Source: an uncultured Candidatus Saccharibacteria bacterium (GTDB lineage Bacteria; Patescibacteriota; Minisyncoccia; Phycocordibacterales; JAACPR01). Taken from it: a stretch of DNA of 62,035 nucleotides. Positions 8,708-17,444 of the stretch are shown here, one piece after another (the first letter of the stretch is position 1; each line of letters begins with the position of its first letter). The stretch covers positions 1 through 62,035 of the forward strand of contig CAYYEF010000002.1 in the NCBI GenBank assembly GCA_964470825.1. Direction: 5' to 3'. Under the pieces are notes generated by a model. The model saw only the letters and a list, made by a program, of their open reading frames with translations, did no database searches and was not told the DNA's origin. Made by a program: the position numbers and the translations under genes.

Positions 8708-9538
8708 CTATTTTGCATTAATCATTTCAACCTCATCCTTGATTGATTGAATTTTTTCTTTATTAAAATTTTGCAATTGTGCAGATGAAATTAAATCATC
8801 ACAAGTAATAATGTCTTCTAAAATAAGTTTGATTTTTTCACCACTAGATAAAGACTCTAGGATAGTAATTGGATAAGTATCTGTCTCATATGCAAGACTG
8901 TGCAAATTACCCTTTTGAGGATAATCCCAGGAAATTAAGTCTAGACCTGAGCATTCTGCATATTTAATAGCGTTATCTGTAAATTTTGTATTAGTAACAA
9001 GCAACATTCTTTTTGGTTTTAGCTTTTTATCAAAAATATTAAATTTTATATTTTTTAAATCATCAAAACGTGCTTTAACATACAAAGCTACTTTAGTATC
9101 TGATTTTAAATATAGTTCATTATGGAATTTAATTTCAGTTAGAAAAAGTTCGTTTTTTGGAGACATAGCAACAACATCAATTTCATGCTCAACACAACTA
9201 CCTTTTAAAATCTGACCTATTTTTGTCTTGTAACCTTTTTTTCTAAACACTCTCTCAATAAATTTTTCAAAAGGAAAACCGCTAGGACCAAGTCCCATAA
9301 GAGACCTTCTAATTGAATATCTTAAGGCGCTTGCTTTTTCAGTTTGATTTAATAATTCAAAAGCCTTTTTGTATATTTCATGAGTAGAAGTTTCTGGTTT
9401 TAAGTTATCCTCTATTTTTTTAACAATGCTATCGGCAGATATTATCGAGGTATTTGCTCTTAAAAGAGACTGTCTTAATTTTTCAGGATCAAATCCTTCA
9501 AATAAACCATTTTCTTTTTTTATTAAAATATTTTGCAT
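8708..9538 (-). CDS. ATP-cone domain fused to Mrr-like PD-(D/E)xK restriction-endonuclease domain
   Basis: N-terminal ATP-cone-like FDPEKLRQSLLRA...; nuclease core HEIDVVA...LTEIKFH (D...ExK); ATG at 9538 lies 1 nt after the stop of the upstream ORF (the track start at 9595 is TTG). Confidence 0.65.
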   Translation of the reverse strand: MQNILIKKENGLFEGFDPEKLRQSLLRANTSIISADSIVKKIEDNLKPETSTHEIYKKAFELLNQTEKASALRYSIRRSLMGLGPSGFPFEKFIERVFRKKGYKTKIGQILKGSCVEHEIDVVAMSPKNELFLTEIKFHNELYLKSDTKVALYVKARFDDLKNIKFNIFDKKLKPKRMLLVTNTKFTDNAIKYAECSGLDLISWDYPQKGNLHSLAYETDTYPITILESLSSGEKIKLILEDIITCDDLISSAQLQNFNKEKIQSIKDEVEMINAK

Positions 9539-9539
9539 A

Positions 9540-9998
9540 TTATCCTTTATTAAAAATTTCCACCTCATCAATATCTTTATTTGGATCAATATCAAAAATA
9601 TTTAGATTAATAATTTCTCCGTTTAAACGAGCTATAATGTTATCATCCATGTTTCCTTCAAAAGAAATTCTGAAATATTTTTCAGTTATAACTTGAGCAC
9701 AAATTTCGGAATCTGAAGAATAATTTATATCCAAGATTGTTTCAAACTCTCTTTTTTCTATTTTAGTAGATAAATTATCACAAGGTGTTGGTAATTCAAC
9801 TAAACCAACCATTGTATGCTTACCATCTTTATATTGATGTTTTACATTTATAGTTACGCTAGGTCTCTGTATCTCATTTTGGATTGATTGCTCTCTTTGA
9901 TTATTTATTATTTCTTGCTTATTCTTATTGTATTCATAAGTAGAAATTAAAATAATAACTACTACAATCAAAGAACCCCATAGAAATTTATTATTCAT
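9540..9998 (-). CDS. hypothetical N-terminally anchored/secreted protein (152 aa)
   Basis: single N-terminal hydrophobic helix FLWGSLIVVVIILISTY; no recognisable domain. Confidence 0.55.
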   Translation of the reverse strand: MNNKFLWGSLIVVVIILISTYEYNKNKQEIINNQREQSIQNEIQRPSVTINVKHQYKDGKHTMVGLVELPTPCDNLSTKIEKREFETILDINYSSDSEICAQVITEKYFRISFEGNMDDNIIARLNGEIINLNIFDIDPNKDIDEVEIFNKG

Positions 9999-10019
9999 AT
10001 TTATTAAGTATAGATGTTT

Positions 10020-11072
10020 TTAAGAGATAATTCCACCACCTAAACACTCTTCGCTTGAATAGAAAACAATAGACTGACCAGGAGCAATATTTTCATGAAT
10101 ATTATCAAAAATAACAGTTGAATTATCTCTATTTAAGCTTATTTTATGAAATTCACCCCTATATCTGTATAAACAGAATAGATCTTTAGGAATTGAGTTT
10201 ATAATATTTAAATCAGATAAAACATAATTATTTTTTATTAAAGAAGTTTCATCTTTTTTATCAGAAACAGTAATAGTATTTTTTTTAATATCTTTTGAGA
10301 TAACATAATATTTATCTCTCTGTGAATCTTCTTCTTTAATTTCAAAACCATGTCTTTGGCCAATCGTATAAAATAAAGCTCCTCTATGATTTCCTATTAC
10401 TTTACCATTAGTATCTAGAACTTCTCCATTTTCTGATTTAACAAAATGAGAAAGAAAGTCTTCAATATCAATATGACCTAAAAAACATAGACCCTGACTA
10501 TCTTTTTTGATAGCTGTAAATAATTTATTTGATTCAGCAATTTTTCTAACCTCGGCTTTTTTTAGATGACCAATCGGAAAAAGGATTTTAGATAATTTCT
10601 CTTGGGGTATAGTCCAAAGAAAATAGGTCTGATCTTTATTTGTGTCAACCGCTTTTGTTAAATGAAAAGAATTATCTTTAAAAAGATTTTGAGCGTAATG
10701 ACCTGTGGCAATAAAATCAGCTCCTTCTCTCATGGCAAAATCAAGAAATCCATCAAACTTTATATGTTTATTACACATCACATCGGGATTTGGAGTTCTA
10801 CCGTGTTTATACTCATTTATTAAATAATCCACAACATGTTTCTTATATTCAGCTTCCAAATCACATACCTTGAAAGGAATATCGAGAGTGGCGCAAACCC
10901 TCATGGCGTCACGCATCTCTTCTCTCCAATTACAAACAATAAAATCTGGATACCATGCTTTTATAAAAACTCCAGTTACTTGGTAACCAGCTTTCTTTAA
11001 AAGCAAAGCGCTGACAGAGCTGTCGACTCCACCTGATATACCGACATATACTTTTTTAGCCCCATTATTCAT
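10020..11072 (-). CDS. mnmA: tRNA-specific 2-thiouridylase MnmA
   Basis: PP-loop VGISGGVDSSVSALLL, catalytic Cys context DSQGLCF, TIGQRHG motif. Confidence 0.94.
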   Translation of the reverse strand: MNNGAKKVYVGISGGVDSSVSALLLKKAGYQVTGVFIKAWYPDFIVCNWREEMRDAMRVCATLDIPFKVCDLEAEYKKHVVDYLINEYKHGRTPNPDVMCNKHIKFDGFLDFAMREGADFIATGHYAQNLFKDNSFHLTKAVDTNKDQTYFLWTIPQEKLSKILFPIGHLKKAEVRKIAESNKLFTAIKKDSQGLCFLGHIDIEDFLSHFVKSENGEVLDTNGKVIGNHRGALFYTIGQRHGFEIKEEDSQRDKYYVISKDIKKNTITVSDKKDETSLIKNNYVLSDLNIINSIPKDLFCLYRYRGEFHKISLNRDNSTVIFDNIHENIAPGQSIVFYSSEECLGGGIIS

Positions 11073-11089
11073 TTTTTATTTCTACAAAA

Positions 11090-12061
11090 TTAATCTAAAT
11101 ATAGCAAACGGTTTTTTTTGTGCTGTTCAAAATTCTTTGCATAGTACATATTACCGTCTTTACCAGTTAGAAAATAATAATAGGGTGTTTCTTTGGGTAA
11201 AGCTGCAGCTTTTATTGATTCTAGTCCAGGATTTGAAATAGGGCTTGGTATCAAACCTTTTTTTGTATAAGTATTAAATGGATCGTCAGATTTTAAATCA
11301 TCTTTAGTTAAATCAAAAGTTCCCTTTCCAATTGAATAAACAAAAGGAGCGTCGACTTGTAGTGGAAAATCCTCTTTATATCTTTTCCATAAAATATTTG
11401 AAACTTCCTGTCTTGAATCTGCAGTCGCTTCTTTTTCAATAATGGAAGCCATAATAATAATTTGTTCAAGTGAATAATCAGATTTTTCTATAATTTCATT
11501 GATTGAACCTATTTGATACTGAAAATTATCTTCAAGCATTTTAACTACTTGCTTAGGAGACATTAAATCTGAAATTTTATAGGTATCTGGAAATAAATAT
11601 CCTTCTTTATCCTTAGCCAACTCTAAAAATTCAGTTTCATTAAAATTTGGAAAATAATAAGTTATTGCTTTTGCCATTTCTTTAGTTGTCATACCTTCAA
11701 AAAAAGTTACTTGGACGATAGTAGAACCGTAATCTCCTTTTGCTATTTTACGTACAATAGTAAAAAGATTTTCTGGATTTTTAAATATATATGTTCCTGT
11801 TACTACATGACTTCGACTGATTTGAACTAAAACACTAAAAAATATCTCTGATTTTACGATTCCATTATCTTTTAAACGTTGTGCCACCATTTTTACAGTT
11901 TCACCTTCCTCGATATTCATAATAAATCCTGATTGAAAATTTTTAGGAGGGGTGCTTATCCAGAAAATAAAAAAACCAACTAAAGATAAGAAGCAGAAGA
12001 CAAATATCAGTTGTTTTTTAATCGTAAAAATATTTTTTAATTTCTCCAAAAATAAAATCAT
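11090..12061 (-). CDS. mltG: endolytic murein transglycosylase MltG (YceG family), paralog 1
   Basis: N-terminal TM; ASIIEKEA..., LQVDAPFVY, YNTYTKKGLIPSPISNPG. Confidence 0.9.
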   Translation of the reverse strand: MILFLEKLKNIFTIKKQLIFVFCFLSLVGFFIFWISTPPKNFQSGFIMNIEEGETVKMVAQRLKDNGIVKSEIFFSVLVQISRSHVVTGTYIFKNPENLFTIVRKIAKGDYGSTIVQVTFFEGMTTKEMAKAITYYFPNFNETEFLELAKDKEGYLFPDTYKISDLMSPKQVVKMLEDNFQYQIGSINEIIEKSDYSLEQIIIMASIIEKEATADSRQEVSNILWKRYKEDFPLQVDAPFVYSIGKGTFDLTKDDLKSDDPFNTYTKKGLIPSPISNPGLESIKAAALPKETPYYYFLTGKDGNMYYAKNFEQHKKNRLLYLD

Positions 12062-12072
12062 TAATTTTTAAA

Positions 12073-13293
12073 TTAAATTGGTAAATTTGATGGTGCATTA
12101 CCCTTACGTGATTGTACACGAGTAAGTGTAGGAGTTTGAACTTCTGAACCAGGAAAATGATAGATAGTAGCAAGTTCTTCACTGTTTAAAATAAACTTTT
12201 TACGAGGATGACCTTCATGATCTTTTCTCCAAAAATACCCACGCTCTTTATAAGCCTCGTATATTTCTTTTTTAATTTTCTTTAATTTTTTACCTGATAT
12301 GTCTTGCCAAAAATAATCAAAGCTAGTTGTCATTTCTGGTCTAAAACCATTTAAACTTGCTGAGCCATATTGTTTAAAACAGCCGACAAGGGCTGGAATA
12401 TTTACAGCGCTAAATGCATCTTTATGTGCAATGTAGATAGATCTAATACCACAATCAAATCCTAATTTAGAAACGCTCCTTTCAATCGCACTAATTTTGT
12501 CTGACTGACCCTTAGTTGCAAGCGGCACCATTTCGCCTTTACTATTTTCATAAACAGACTCAGTTTTTATTTTTTTAATTAAGTTCTTTGATTCATCAAT
12601 CCATTTATCAGTTTTCCCGAACCATTTTGTAGGATCTTTATCTTCTTTTTTATGTGCTCTAACAATAATCTGAATCCAGGCATGCTCTCCTTGTTTTAAA
12701 GAACCAAGAAATTCAATTGTTGGGGTTATTGGATCTATTTTTAATTCATCTTTTGTTTCTGCTTTGTCTAATCCGTAATCAACATAAGTTTTAATTGGTA
12801 AAGGATCTGCTTGAGTTAAAGCATATTCAAGGCCAAACATTGAATATTCGCCGGAATAATAATCAACTTTTGATACATAATCTTCAACTTCTTTAACTTC
12901 TACTCCAGGATATTGAGCATATATTTGATTTTGAATAAAACCAGACATACCTTTTCTTGTCCAAATATAAAAAGCTACCTCACCTTCATGAGAGGCAATT
13001 TCAAGAGAAAACCATGCACGAACTTTTCCGTACCACAAACGATCTACCGGGGTAGATTCACCACCAGTTTGATAAAGAGCATTAATAAAAAGTTCCATGG
13101 CAAGAGGTGTTTTATAAAAGTCCCTAGGCGGGATAACTCTAAGAAGAATATGTTCTTGGGAACTAATAAATTTTTCTCGGGCATATTTAACCCAAAGTTC
13201 AAATAGCGTGTATACCAATATAACAGGAATGATTATTGGTAAAATAAAAAATAGAAAATCTAATGTTGGTCCAATTAAATTATTAAATTCCAT
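12073..13293 (-). CDS. hypothetical membrane-anchored protein (406 aa)
   Basis: N-terminal TM, then LLRVIPPRDFYKTPLAMELFINALYQ...FSLEIASHEGEVAFYIW...ELATIYHFPG; reminiscent (memory only) of N-terminal modules next to HerA/VirD4-like ATPases in CPR; no ATPase motif here. Confidence 0.55.
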   Translation of the reverse strand: MEFNNLIGPTLDFLFFILPIIIPVILVYTLFELWVKYAREKFISSQEHILLRVIPPRDFYKTPLAMELFINALYQTGGESTPVDRLWYGKVRAWFSLEIASHEGEVAFYIWTRKGMSGFIQNQIYAQYPGVEVKEVEDYVSKVDYYSGEYSMFGLEYALTQADPLPIKTYVDYGLDKAETKDELKIDPITPTIEFLGSLKQGEHAWIQIIVRAHKKEDKDPTKWFGKTDKWIDESKNLIKKIKTESVYENSKGEMVPLATKGQSDKISAIERSVSKLGFDCGIRSIYIAHKDAFSAVNIPALVGCFKQYGSASLNGFRPEMTTSFDYFWQDISGKKLKKIKKEIYEAYKERGYFWRKDHEGHPRKKFILNSEELATIYHFPGSEVQTPTLTRVQSRKGNAPSNLPI

Positions 13294-13301
13294 TAATAAT
13301 T

Positions 13302-13310
13302 ATTTTAGCA
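13302..13310 (-). promoter_or_regulatory. extended -10 TGcTAAAAT, 8 nt from ATG 13293 (leaderless-type)
   Basis: read on minus strand. Confidence 0.4.
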
Positions 13311-13333
13311 CAAACAATAAAAAGAATAAAAAA

Positions 13334-14362
13334 TTATGCAATACTATAGCGACCTGTTTTATCTCTTTTGAAGAATTTTTGATTTTGAAGATTAACAAGA
13401 ATAGTATTTTGTTTAACATGACGTTCTTTAAGAACTTTATCTATAATTTCATTCTTTGTAAGAGGTCCGTTTTTAGCAATAATTTCTTTGATAACATCTC
13501 GAACAACACCTGTTGAATAACCCCATTCAGATAGTGCATATAAACCTCTACCGACTAAAACAAAACGACTATCTTTAATTAATTCATTATGAGTTGTTGC
13601 AACGTGAGCTTTTTTATTAAATATTTTTGAAATTTGTTCGGCAACTTCTTTAAAGTGAATTGGTGAGCCGTGCTTACGAATAACAAGATAAGCATAGTCA
13701 CGAATACCCTTAACATTAATGTTTGTAGAGTCGGCTCTACCCCATTCACCTAATGGATTTCGAGAAATCTTTTTAGAGATATTTAACCATCTTTTTAGAA
13801 TCTCATCATTTCTATATTTTTCAGAAACATCTTCAAGATGTTTTAAAAATTCTTCTACGATTTCTGATTCTGGAATAATGTCCTCATCATCTAGATTTTG
13901 ATAAAGTTTTTTTATTGAATCTTCTACTTTTTTAGAAAGATTTTCATCAATATGCCATCTATGTGAAAAATTATCATCTTCTTTTTTCTTGAAGAAAGGA
14001 TTTCCTACAACAAGAATAAAGTGAATTTGATTTTGAATAGATTCAGATTTTGAAATTTCATTTAGGAGTTCGGCTTCAGATACAATACCGCCCATACTTT
14101 CAACTAAAGATTTAAGTTCAACAAAAAAAGACTCACATTCTTTATACTCAGCAGATTTTCTGATGTTTTCTAGTGCAGAATCTTCGATCTGGCGTACTCT
14201 TTCTCGAGTAATGCTATATTCTTGACCGATAGATTCTAGAGTTTGTTTTTGTGGTTTTACACCCAAACCATATCTTTTTATTAAAACCTCTTTTGCTCGA
14301 TCAGAAAGAGGAGATAATAATTTTTTTGTAACTTGTTTTGGTTGAAAATTTATCTTCGCCAT
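13334..14362 (-). CDS. sigma-70 region-4-like HTH fused to C-terminal HARE-HTH domain; putative transcription factor
   Basis: LSDRAKEVLIKRYGL...QTLESIGQEYSITRERVRQIEDSALENIRK (region 4.2 signature); C-terminal YLVIRKHGSPIHFKEVAEQI...FVLVGRGLYALSEWGY (HARE-HTH-like); no region 2. Confidence 0.7.
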   Translation of the reverse strand: MAKINFQPKQVTKKLLSPLSDRAKEVLIKRYGLGVKPQKQTLESIGQEYSITRERVRQIEDSALENIRKSAEYKECESFFVELKSLVESMGGIVSEAELLNEISKSESIQNQIHFILVVGNPFFKKKEDDNFSHRWHIDENLSKKVEDSIKKLYQNLDDEDIIPESEIVEEFLKHLEDVSEKYRNDEILKRWLNISKKISRNPLGEWGRADSTNINVKGIRDYAYLVIRKHGSPIHFKEVAEQISKIFNKKAHVATTHNELIKDSRFVLVGRGLYALSEWGYSTGVVRDVIKEIIAKNGPLTKNEIIDKVLKERHVKQNTILVNLQNQKFFKRDKTGRYSIA

Positions 14363-14443
14363 AATTTAATGAATAATTAATAAGAAAAATACGAATGTCT
14401 GGCGTGTGTTGTAATGTCCTTAGGCATAAGGGTATCATTATGT

Positions 14444-14457
14444 TTGACTAATGTCAA
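14444..14457. repeat. perfect palindrome TTGAC-TAAT-GTCAA between leuS stop and the sigma-r4/HARE-HTH gene
   Basis: read directly; a second TTGAC-N4-GTCAA is at 27850-27863 in the same relative position. Confidence 0.6.
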
Positions 14458-14463
14458 TGGCTC

Positions 14464-16839
14464 TTATTCTGTAACAACACTAAACAATTTATCTTTGATA
14501 TAGATGGTTTTTTTAATGTTTTTACCCTCTATCCATTTAGCGATATTCGGATCTTCAAGTACCTTTTTTTGAACTTCTGATTCACTTGTTTCTGGAGCAA
14601 CTTCGATTGTTCCTCTGAATTTACCATTGATACTAATATTTATGATTTTATTATCATTTGATAGATCAATTTCTATATTTTCTGGCCAAGAACTTTCTGA
14701 AAGTAGACCTTCCCCTCCACTTTGACTCCATAATTCTTCTGTAACATGTGGAAATATTGGAAAAGCTAATTTTAGAAAGGTTCCATAATCTTCTTTTGAA
14801 ATTGAATTTTTCTCAACAAGATTAGTTAAAATCATAAGTTGAGCAAGAGCGGTATTAAATTTTAATTTCTGGTAATCTTCAGTAACTTTTTTAATTGTCT
14901 TAGCTAATTCTTTTCTAACTTCTGGAGAAGTCTCTGAACTAATTTTTATACGAGACATTTTTTCTATAAATCGACGTATACCCACAACTCCATTTAAATC
15001 CCAAGGATAATTTCCAGGTTCGTTATATGGACCAATAAAAGAAAGATATCCTCGAACGGTATCAGCACCAAGTTTTTCAACAATTTCATCTGGATCAATT
15101 ACATTTCCTTTAGATTTAGACATTTTATTACCGTCTGGTCCTAAAATTAATCCACGATTTAATCTTGTTTTGAAAGGTTCACTATCTTTAACTAAACCTA
15201 GATCAAATAAAACTTTATGGAAAAATCGTGCGAATAGTAAGTGCATTGTGGTATGTTCACTACCACCAGAATAGAAATCAACTGGCAACCAAGTATCTTG
15301 CTTTTCTTTAGAAGCAAACTCTTTTTCATTTTTAGGGTCAGTATATCTAATGTAATACCAAGAAGAATCAATAAAAGTATCGAGAGTATCTGTCTCACGC
15401 TCTGCCTCAGAGCCACACTTTGGACATTTAACATTTAGCCAATCTGTAGCTTTGGCCAAAGGAGATTTTCCATCTTCACGTGGCAAGAAGTCACTTATCT
15501 CTGGCAAAATAACAGGTAATTCAGATTCAGAAACCGGAACATTTCCACATTTTTTACAATGTATAACTGGAATTGGACAACCCCAATAACGCTGACGAGA
15601 GACCAACCAATCACGCAAACGATAATTATTAGTCATTTTTCCCCCAATGAATTCTGTGATTTTTTTAATTGCATCATCTGAATTTAGACCATTAAATTTA
15701 TCTGAATTAATTAAAATATTTTCTTTACTCACAACCTCTTTGATTGGTAAATTAAATTTCTGGGCAAAAGCAAAGTCACGTTCATCATGAGCGGGCACTG
15801 CCATCACTGCACCAGTTCCATAACCAGCTAAAACATAGTCAGAAATAAAGACAGGAACCTTTTCATTATTTGCAGGATTTATAGCAAAAATATTTTCAAG
15901 TTTTACTCCGGTTTTGTCTTTGTTATCTGCAATACGATCCATCTCAGTTTTTTTGCTTGTTTGAGAAATATAGTCTTCAACTTCAACACGATTTGAAACT
16001 TTATCTAAAAGATTTTGGACAAGACTACTCTCTGGTGCCAAGACAACATATGACACACCAAATAAAGTATCGGCGCGAGTAGTGAAAACCTCAAAAGAAA
16101 TTTCATTACCAGTCGTATCTGCTTCTCCAAAACTAATCTTAAAAGGAATAAGAGAGCCCTTACTTCTACCAATCCAATGTTTTTGAGATTCTTTAATTGG
16201 ATTAGGCCAATCTAAAGTATCAAGATCATCAATTAGACGATCAGCGTAATCAGTAATTTTTAATTGCCACTGATTCATTTTCTTTTGAATAACTTCACTA
16301 CCACATCTTTCACATTTTCCAGCAGTGACCTGTTCATTTGCTAAAACAGTCTTACAAGAAGGACACCAATTAACATTTGTTTCAGATTGATAAGCCAAAC
16401 CTTTTTCTAAAAATTTCAAAAATAACCACTGAGTCCATTTGTAATATTCTGGATCACAGGTTACGACTAGATGATTCCAATCAAAACTTGCACCCATGCT
16501 TTTCATCTGGGTTTTCATAAATTCAATATTGGAATAAGTCCAATCTCTAGGATTTAAACCACGTTTAATAGCAGCATTTTCTGCCGGTAAACCAAAAGCG
16601 TCGAAACCAACAGGAAAAAGAACATTTTTCCCAAGCATGCGTCGATATTTTGCATAAATATCAGTTACCGCAAAAGCATACCAATGTCCCACATGTAAAT
16701 TTCCAGATGGATACGGGAACTCTACTAGAATATATTCATTTTCAGAACCATCTTTTTTATCTGAGGTTTTATATACTGATTTTTCTTCCCAAATTCCCTG
16801 CCACTTTTTTTCAATTTCTTTATGATTATAGTTATTCAT
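14464..16839 (-). CDS. leuS: leucine--tRNA ligase
   Basis: HVGHWY (HIGH), KMSKSKGN (KMSKS), CP1 editing region, Zn-type CPSCKT...CERCG. Confidence 0.96.
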   Translation of the reverse strand: MNNYNHKEIEKKWQGIWEEKSVYKTSDKKDGSENEYILVEFPYPSGNLHVGHWYAFAVTDIYAKYRRMLGKNVLFPVGFDAFGLPAENAAIKRGLNPRDWTYSNIEFMKTQMKSMGASFDWNHLVVTCDPEYYKWTQWLFLKFLEKGLAYQSETNVNWCPSCKTVLANEQVTAGKCERCGSEVIQKKMNQWQLKITDYADRLIDDLDTLDWPNPIKESQKHWIGRSKGSLIPFKISFGEADTTGNEISFEVFTTRADTLFGVSYVVLAPESSLVQNLLDKVSNRVEVEDYISQTSKKTEMDRIADNKDKTGVKLENIFAINPANNEKVPVFISDYVLAGYGTGAVMAVPAHDERDFAFAQKFNLPIKEVVSKENILINSDKFNGLNSDDAIKKITEFIGGKMTNNYRLRDWLVSRQRYWGCPIPVIHCKKCGNVPVSESELPVILPEISDFLPREDGKSPLAKATDWLNVKCPKCGSEAERETDTLDTFIDSSWYYIRYTDPKNEKEFASKEKQDTWLPVDFYSGGSEHTTMHLLFARFFHKVLFDLGLVKDSEPFKTRLNRGLILGPDGNKMSKSKGNVIDPDEIVEKLGADTVRGYLSFIGPYNEPGNYPWDLNGVVGIRRFIEKMSRIKISSETSPEVRKELAKTIKKVTEDYQKLKFNTALAQLMILTNLVEKNSISKEDYGTFLKLAFPIFPHVTEELWSQSGGEGLLSESSWPENIEIDLSNDNKIINISINGKFRGTIEVAPETSESEVQKKVLEDPNIAKWIEGKNIKKTIYIKDKLFSVVTE

Positions 16840-17386
16840 TGTTATTATCGCTAAACTTTTTAATTGCTATATAGATCAAAATTACCAGAGCTATTAAGAG
16901 AATGAGGAATCTTAACCATTCATTTGCAGAAGACCAATATCGAATTGAAGCAATTATAAAATCTAGGACTGCAGCTAAAGAAAGTGCAGTTCCAATAAGA
17001 GCATTTGTTTTTAAGAATAATGAAGCAATGAAAGTAAGAACGCCTAAAATCATAAGAGCTACGAAAACTTTTAATTCATAAGCTTCGGTCGCCTTATTCA
17101 TTTCGTTTTGACATTTTGTATACACATCACAATAACCAGAAATAGTTGTGCCATCTGGATTTATAGTAGGAACAGCATAGTTTTGCCATTCTCCATCAAA
17201 CTGATTACATGTTTCTTGATTAGTGATTTCTTTTCCTGGATATGAATTTTTACAAAAATTTTCATATTTCGGTTCGTCTAGAAATAAACCAACTGATACA
17301 TTAAAGAAGACGTTCAATAAAATAAAAATAGCAATAATCAATGACCATTTGGCAACCACTGAGGGTTTATGTGCTTTGTTTTCCAT
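16832..17386 (-). CDS. hypothetical multi-pass membrane protein with Cys-rich exterior loop
   Basis: TM helices at N- and C-termini; loop with 5 Cys (FCKNSYPG...CNQFDGEW...GYCDVYTKCQ); 8-nt overlap with leuS start. Confidence 0.55.
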   Translation of the reverse strand: MENKAHKPSVVAKWSLIIAIFILLNVFFNVSVGLFLDEPKYENFCKNSYPGKEITNQETCNQFDGEWQNYAVPTINPDGTTISGYCDVYTKCQNEMNKATEAYELKVFVALMILGVLTFIASLFLKTNALIGTALSLAAVLDFIIASIRYWSSANEWLRFLILLIALVILIYIAIKKFSDNNNE

Positions 17387-17444
17387 ATCTAATAATAGTA
17401 TAAAATTTAAAGGTTTTAGACAAATTAGAATTTTTTATTTTTGT

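Noticed and set aside
8708-9595. The long N-terminal extensions in the ORF track for rplM (899), the Mrr-like gene (9595), uvrC (23248), pilin (24307), FKBP (32447), bPH (33742), zur (40861) and rpmF (59824).
   Set aside because: All these track starts are TTG or GTG. The extensions overlap upstream genes or promoter elements and lack homology. Internal ATGs fit the protein-family N-termini and the -10-box spacing.
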